The notes beneath the pieces are model-generated. The model was not told the DNA's origin and made no database searches. It saw only the letters and a program-made list of their open reading frames with translations. From contig JBGTGT010000008.1 in the NCBI GenBank assembly GCA_041746575.1, positions 1-11,238 of the forward strand: a stretch of DNA of 11,238 nt, written 5' to 3'. Below, one piece after another: positions 6,531-11,238 of this stretch (the first letter of the stretch is position 1; every line of letters starts with the position of its first letter). This stretch comes from Microcystaceae cyanobacterium. Lineage in GTDB: Bacteria; Cyanobacteriota; Cyanobacteriia; Cyanobacteriales; Microcystaceae. The position numbers were made by a program, and so were the translations under genes.

Positions 6531-6566
6531 TTTCCCTTTTTTTCGTCTTTTTCTGGTCTTTTTTAG

Positions 6567-9500
6567 ATGTTTTATCGCAATATACGATTATTGATACTGA
6601 CAATCATCCTAATTCTCTTTTTAGGATTGTCTTCTTTTCAATTACTACCTCGAATGGAAGATCCCGAACTCACCTCCCGAGTAGCAACTCTCACCACCTT
6701 CTTGGCGGGTGCGAAAGCAGAAAGGGTAGAATCTCTGATAACCGAAAAATTAGAGGATAAATTACAGGAAATTGAGGAAATCAAGGTATTAGAATCCGTT
6801 TCTCAAACAAGTTTATCCTTAATCACCATCGAATTACAAGATGAAATCAAAGACGTTGACCCGATATGGTCGCAAATTCGAGATAAAGTAAATGATGCTA
6901 AGGTTGAATTGCCAAAAGAAGCGAGTGAACCGAAATTTGAAGAAATTAAACTAAAAGCCTATGCGATGTTAATTGGCGTAACGTGGGAACAGGATGATAA
7001 TCCTAACTCTGCCATCTTGCGTCGTCGTGCGGAGATGTTAGCTGCTGAATTAAGGTCAATTTCGGGGACAGAAGACGTAGAATTAAGAGGAGAACCCACA
7101 GAAGAGATACTGGTAGAAATTAACCCCGTTGCTTTATCTCAGATGGGATTAACCCCTCAACAAGTCGCACAAAAAATTGAACAAAGTGATGCAAAAGTTG
7201 CCTCTGGAAAATTAAGAAATGAAAATAACGAGCTATTGATAGAAATTGATTCAGAATTAGATAGTTTAGAGAGAATTAGACAAATTCCCTTACAATCATC
7301 CACTGAAAGTCAGTTTACTCGTATCGGCGACATTGCCTTAATTAGTAAAGGAATTCGACAACCCCCCTCATATATTGCCATTATTAATGGATATCCTGCC
7401 ATTGTCTTAGCAATGTTTGTTCGTTCTAATCAACGCATTGATTATTGGTCACAACAAGTCTATCAAACCTTAGAACAATTTCGTGCCACTTTACCGAGAG
7501 GATTAGGGGTAAATATCATTTTTGACCAAACGCCTTATGTCGAAAATCGCTTAAATAATCTTATTTTGAATCTTTTATTAGGAGCAGGATGTGTATTTGG
7601 CGTAACTTTAATCATGATGGGGTGGCGTTCTGCCTTAATCATTGGGACGGCATTACCCTTATCGGGATTGATGGTATTTGCAGGGATGAAAGTCTCACAG
7701 ATTCCCTTACATCAAATGTCGATTACAGGGTTAATTGTTGCCTTGGGGTTATTAATTGATAATGCGATTGTAGTGGTGGATGAGGTACAAAACCGCTTAA
7801 AAGCTGGGTTACATCCTGTTAAAGCGATTAAACAGGCGGTTAATTACCTTTTTATTCCCCTCCTTGCTTCAACTTTGACGACGGTTTGTGCTTTTCTTCC
7901 CATTGCCTTATTATCAGGAGGAACAGGGGAATTTGTGGGATCTATTGGGGTCAATGTGATTATTGCTTTACTTTTCTCTCTTTCAATTTCACTGACCATT
8001 ATTCCAGCCCTAACTGCCCATTTTTCCGCAAAAAATTACCGTCCTGCTTCCTTTTTACCCTTACGTTGGTTAAACGAAGGATTTTCTTCAAGATGGTTAA
8101 CCCAAAAATATCGCTGGAGTTTGCATCAACTGTTTAAATACCCCATTTTAGGGATTTTATTGGCTATTGTCTTACCCTTAATGGGATTTATCAACGCAGG
8201 GACATTAGAAGAGCAGTTTTTTCCGCCTGCCGATAGAGATCAGTTTAATATCGAAGTGGAATTTCCTGCCGCTACATCCTTAAATCAAACGCGCTTACAA
8301 GTCTTAAAAATGCGTCCCTTCATTCTAAGCCATCAAGGGGTTAAAAATGTTCATTGGTTTATTGGGCGAAGTGCGCCTAAATTTTACTATAACTTAGTAG
8401 AAGGACGCAAAAATGAGTCAAATTATGCTCAAGCTTTAGTCGAAGTCGAGCAGCCTCATATTACTAAAACCTTAATTCCTCAACTCCAAACAGAATTGGA
8501 TCAAGCTTATCCTAGCGCAAGAGTGTTAGTACGTCCCCTTGAACAAGGACCTCCCGTAGACGCACCCGTTGAAATTCGGCTTTATGGTTCAGATTTGGAA
8601 ATTTTGAGCAATTTGGGAGAGAAATTAAGACAAGAATTCACCCAAGTCCCCCATATTACCCATACCCGCGATAGTTTAAGCGAAAACCTAGCTAAATTAG
8701 GACTCCGAATAGATGAAGAAAAAGCTCGATTGACTCAGTTAAATAATACCGCCATTGCCAATCAGTTAAATTCAATCCTAGAAGGCAATACAGGGGGGAC
8801 AATCCTTGAATCTTCCGAAGAATTACCCGTTAGAGTGCGGGTTAACGATACCCAACGAGGCAACTTAGCAGACATTCGTTCTCTCGATTTAACCGTCAAT
8901 AACGCATCTATTCCTTTAACCTCATTGGGGGATGTTATTCTTTTACCTGAAATTAACCAAATTACCCGCCGCGACGGCAAAAGAGTCAATACCATTCAAG
9001 GATTTATCGAAGCAGGGATTTTGCCCGCTCAGGTGTTATCAGACTTCCAAAAACGCTTAAATGCAATTAACTTTACGCCACCGAATGGTTATGCGCTTGA
9101 AATTGGGGGAGAAGCGGCAGAAAGAAATAACGCTGTTGGGGGTTTACTCTCTCTCGTTGGAGTATTAACGATTATCATGGTAGCAATCCTTGTTTTAGCA
9201 CTTGGATCGTTCCGTTTAGCCGCAATTATCGGTACTGTAGGAATTTTCTCTATTGGCTTAGGATTATTTGCCTTGTGGGTATTTGGTTATCCCTTTGGCT
9301 TTATGGCGATTATCGGCTCAATTGGCTTAGTCGGAGTGGCAATTAATGACTCCATTGTCGTTTTGAGCGCAATTAAAGAAAATTATCAAGCAAAAAGGGG
9401 AGATTTAATCGCCATCAGAGAAGTGGTATTACATTGTACTCGTCACGTTCTAACTACGACTTTAACCACGATGATTGGTTTTGTTCCTTTATTATTAGGG

Positions 9501-9668
9501 GGAGGCGGATTTTGGCCTCCCTTAGCGGTTGCGATCGCTGGAGGAATTGCCGGCTCAACTCTGCTAGCATTATATTTCGTCCCTTGTGCTTATTTATTAT
9601 TAAAAGGGTCTCAATTTGTCAAGATTCAAGATCAAACTGCTCCTTCACCCCTCGCACCTCGTTCTTAA
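6567..9668 (+). CDS. RND efflux permease (AcrB/AcrD/AcrF family), 1033 aa
   Basis: Repeated architecture of 1 TM, periplasmic domain and 5 TM. Motifs include TM4 ALGLLIDNAIVVVD, STLTTVCAFLP, FFPPADRDQF and GFWPPLAVAIAGG. It lies directly after the adaptor gene. Confidence 0.96.
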   Translation: MFYRNIRLLILTIILILFLGLSSFQLLPRMEDPELTSRVATLTTFLAGAKAERVESLITEKLEDKLQEIEEIKVLESVSQTSLSLITIELQDEIKDVDPIWSQIRDKVNDAKVELPKEASEPKFEEIKLKAYAMLIGVTWEQDDNPNSAILRRRAEMLAAELRSISGTEDVELRGEPTEEILVEINPVALSQMGLTPQQVAQKIEQSDAKVASGKLRNENNELLIEIDSELDSLERIRQIPLQSSTESQFTRIGDIALISKGIRQPPSYIAIINGYPAIVLAMFVRSNQRIDYWSQQVYQTLEQFRATLPRGLGVNIIFDQTPYVENRLNNLILNLLLGAGCVFGVTLIMMGWRSALIIGTALPLSGLMVFAGMKVSQIPLHQMSITGLIVALGLLIDNAIVVVDEVQNRLKAGLHPVKAIKQAVNYLFIPLLASTLTTVCAFLPIALLSGGTGEFVGSIGVNVIIALLFSLSISLTIIPALTAHFSAKNYRPASFLPLRWLNEGFSSRWLTQKYRWSLHQLFKYPILGILLAIVLPLMGFINAGTLEEQFFPPADRDQFNIEVEFPAATSLNQTRLQVLKMRPFILSHQGVKNVHWFIGRSAPKFYYNLVEGRKNESNYAQALVEVEQPHITKTLIPQLQTELDQAYPSARVLVRPLEQGPPVDAPVEIRLYGSDLEILSNLGEKLRQEFTQVPHITHTRDSLSENLAKLGLRIDEEKARLTQLNNTAIANQLNSILEGNTGGTILESSEELPVRVRVNDTQRGNLADIRSLDLTVNNASIPLTSLGDVILLPEINQITRRDGKRVNTIQGFIEAGILPAQVLSDFQKRLNAINFTPPNGYALEIGGEAAERNNAVGGLLSLVGVLTIIMVAILVLALGSFRLAAIIGTVGIFSIGLGLFALWVFGYPFGFMAIIGSIGLVGVAINDSIVVLSAIKENYQAKRGDLIAIREVVLHCTRHVLTTTLTTMIGFVPLLLGGGGFWPPLAVAIAGGIAGSTLLALYFVPCAYLLLKGSQFVKIQDQTAPSPLAPRS

Positions 9669-9672
9669 TTTT

Positions 9673-10788
9673 TCAAATTTTTCCTAAACAAACTATGGCG
9701 TTTTGTCCGCCAAAGCCAAAGCTAAAACAGAGAATTGCATTCAACGGATAGGATACCGCCTTCGTCACAAAATTCAGGTCAAAATCAGGACGATTTAACC
9801 CCACACAGGGAATCAATTGTTGAGATCTCAACGCCAATAAACTCAAAGCAACCCCGATTGCACCTGATGCGCCTAGTGTATGACCGGTTGCGCCTTTTGT
9901 CGAGGTAACCGCCACATTTGAAGGAAAAAAGCCTTGAATTAAATTAGCCTCCCGTCGATCGTTAAGATGGGTACTCGTGCCATGAGCGTGAATCAAATCA
10001 ACATCTTGAGGCGTCAAGCGACTACGTTCTAAACATTGCTTAAGTGCGATCGCTGCATAATAATTATCTTGAGAGGGTGCGCTAAGGTGTTCTCCATCAC
10101 AGGTTAAACCAAACCCTAAGATTTCACCATAGGGAGTAACGCTTCGAGTTTTCACTGATTTTTCGGATTCTAAAACCAAAATCACTGCCCCTTCCCCTAA
10201 AACCAATCCTTCCCTATTTTTGTCAAAGGGATAACATCCGGTAGAAGCTAATGCTCCCATTTTCTGAAATCCTGCTAAAGTTAAGGGAGTAATTGGGGTT
10301 TCTACTGCCCCAACGATGACTTGTTCACAGTATCCTTGTTGAATTAGCTCATATCCCTGAAAAATAGACCAAATTCCCGTCGCACAAGCGGACATCGGTG
10401 ATAAAACAATCCCCTCGGTTTGAATCCACTGAGCAACCAGACGAGAGGCTTGATAAGGTAAACTCTCTAACCAAGGAGTTGTAATAGCTTGAGCCAGAAA
10501 GTGTTCCCAACGAAATTGATAGCTTCGACTTGAACCAACGACAACAGGAACGTCAGATAAAGGAATAAAGAGCTTTGCATCTTTTAAGGCATTCCCTAGG
10601 GCAATTTTTAGCAAACACCCTAAATCAGACGGTTTCTGCTCAACCAATGCAAGGGGATAAGGAGGAAGTTGTTTGAAGGGATGAGTCATCTGAATGGCGG
10701 TTTCTTGCCGTAAAATCCGTTGCCAACTTTCATCTAATGAGCCTGATGCACATTTTAAGCCAATTCCTGTGACAAAAACCTTCACCAT
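9673..10788 (-). CDS. Beta-ketoacyl-ACP synthase (FabF/KAS II-like, short form)
   Basis: Cys-His-His triad in SACATG, HAHGTST and KGATGHTLGASG, plus VTGIG, PFD..REG..LGEGA and FSFGFGGQN. At 371 aa it is shorter than canonical FabF and is probably a paralogue. Confidence 0.92.
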   Translation of the reverse strand: MVKVFVTGIGLKCASGSLDESWQRILRQETAIQMTHPFKQLPPYPLALVEQKPSDLGCLLKIALGNALKDAKLFIPLSDVPVVVGSSRSYQFRWEHFLAQAITTPWLESLPYQASRLVAQWIQTEGIVLSPMSACATGIWSIFQGYELIQQGYCEQVIVGAVETPITPLTLAGFQKMGALASTGCYPFDKNREGLVLGEGAVILVLESEKSVKTRSVTPYGEILGFGLTCDGEHLSAPSQDNYYAAIALKQCLERSRLTPQDVDLIHAHGTSTHLNDRREANLIQGFFPSNVAVTSTKGATGHTLGASGAIGVALSLLALRSQQLIPCVGLNRPDFDLNFVTKAVSYPLNAILCFSFGFGGQNAIVCLGKI

Positions 10789-10843
10789 ATTAAAGTGATC
10801 ATGGACTCCTTATTTTTCCTTTTGATTGGCTCGTAATTTTTTA

Positions 10844-10871
10844 AATAAATAGGGCGATCGCTCTATTTATT
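10844..10871. repeat. 28-bp near-perfect palindrome centred on HIP1; possible terminator or processing hairpin
   Basis: AATAAATAG-G-GCGATCGC-T-CTATTTATT, with one mismatched pair, between the MinD-like stop and the fabF-like start. Confidence 0.7.
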
Positions 10872-10908
10872 ATCTCGTAATTAAAGATTAAATATAACTC
10901 ACAATTCG

Positions 10909-11238
10909 CTATAATTCTTGAGTCAAAGAATGAGCAGGATGGTTCAAACAAAATAATCCTTGACTCCCTAAGCGTAACATTTCAGTAGAAAGAGGCAAAA
11001 CTCCTGCCACTGGCAGTTGAGAGGTTTCCTGAACTTTTTCTTTAAGAATCGCAAAATCAAATTCTGGGAGAGCTTTATTGACGACTAATACCAAATTAGC
11101 TCTACAGTTGTAGATAGAAATTAGGGGGCTTGGGCACGTTTGCAGTAGTGATAATAGCGAGCTACAGCCTGATGGGTTCTGCGCCAAAATGACCAATGCA
11201 AGATCGACTCTAAAGACCAGATGCGGGGAAACAGTAAT
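10909..11238 (-). CDS. C-terminal part of a divergent MinD/ParA-like protein (runs off the right edge; may be degenerate)
   Basis: The frame is open from 11238 (ITVSPHLVFRVDLALVIL...) to TAG at 10911-10909. DLALVIL, LVLVVNKALPEFDF and LPVAGVLPLSTEMLRLGSQGLFCLNHPAHSLTQEL resemble C-termini of cyanobacterial MinD/ParA-like proteins. No P-loop is visible in the window. Confidence 0.6.
   Translation of the reverse strand: MTVSPHLVFRVDLALVILAQNPSGCSSLLSLLQTCPSPLISIYNCRANLVLVVNKALPEFDFAILKEKVQETSQLPVAGVLPLSTEMLRLGSQGLFCLNHPAHSLTQEL

Noticed and set aside
7886..9751. Track ORFs 7886-8137, 8762-8995 and 9434-9751
   Set aside because: Alternative-frame or antisense shadows of the RND permease and fabF-like genes with no independent signals.
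2063..10788. A single biosynthetic or detoxification gene cluster (glyoxalase, monooxygenase, RND, ketosynthase)
   Set aside because: Orientations alternate, there is no ACP, PKS or NRPS gene, and no shared operator is visible. The genes look like independent units.
10782..10802. 6-codon upstream ORF (MITLIW) overlapping the fabF-like start
   Set aside because: AAGGAG is only 3 nt from its ATG, and the ORF is too short to distinguish from chance.
11101..11114. Palindrome TCTACA-GT-TGTAGA as a mobile element end
   Set aside because: It lies within an open reading frame with no partner repeat or target duplication.
1..11238. CRISPR array, tRNA, rRNA or anti-phage defence genes
   Set aside because: No regularly spaced repeats, cloverleaf structures or recognisable defence domains were seen.

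Overview
AT-rich cyanobacterial chromosomal DNA, judged from six HIP1 GCGATCGC octamers and cyanobacteria-type genes. From left to right: (1) the 5' part of an IS630-family transposase running off the left edge, with a candidate terminus near 737; (2) a cluster of three small-protein genes: a YRG-repeat DUF4278-like protein, an unknown 63-aa membrane peptide, and a 56-aa Psb34/Ssl1498-family protein that the ORF track misses, which has a consensus RpaB HLR1 site and a terminator; (3) a YaeR-like glyoxalase/VOC gene, an FAD-dependent monooxygenase, a DUF1400 protein and a 66-aa acidic protein; (4) a PadR regulator divergent from an RND adaptor-permease operon, with two visible palindromic operator candidates; (5) a convergent FabF-like ketoacyl synthase; (6) the 3' end of a divergent MinD/ParA-like gene running off the right edge. 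I see no CRISPR array, tRNA or rRNA, and no clear large novel system. The best leads are the small-protein cluster and its regulatory sites, the PadR operator pair, the unusual RND proton-relay residues, a Pho-box-like promoter facing the IS, and a HIP1-centred palindrome. Family assignments rest on motif recognition only; no database searches were run.
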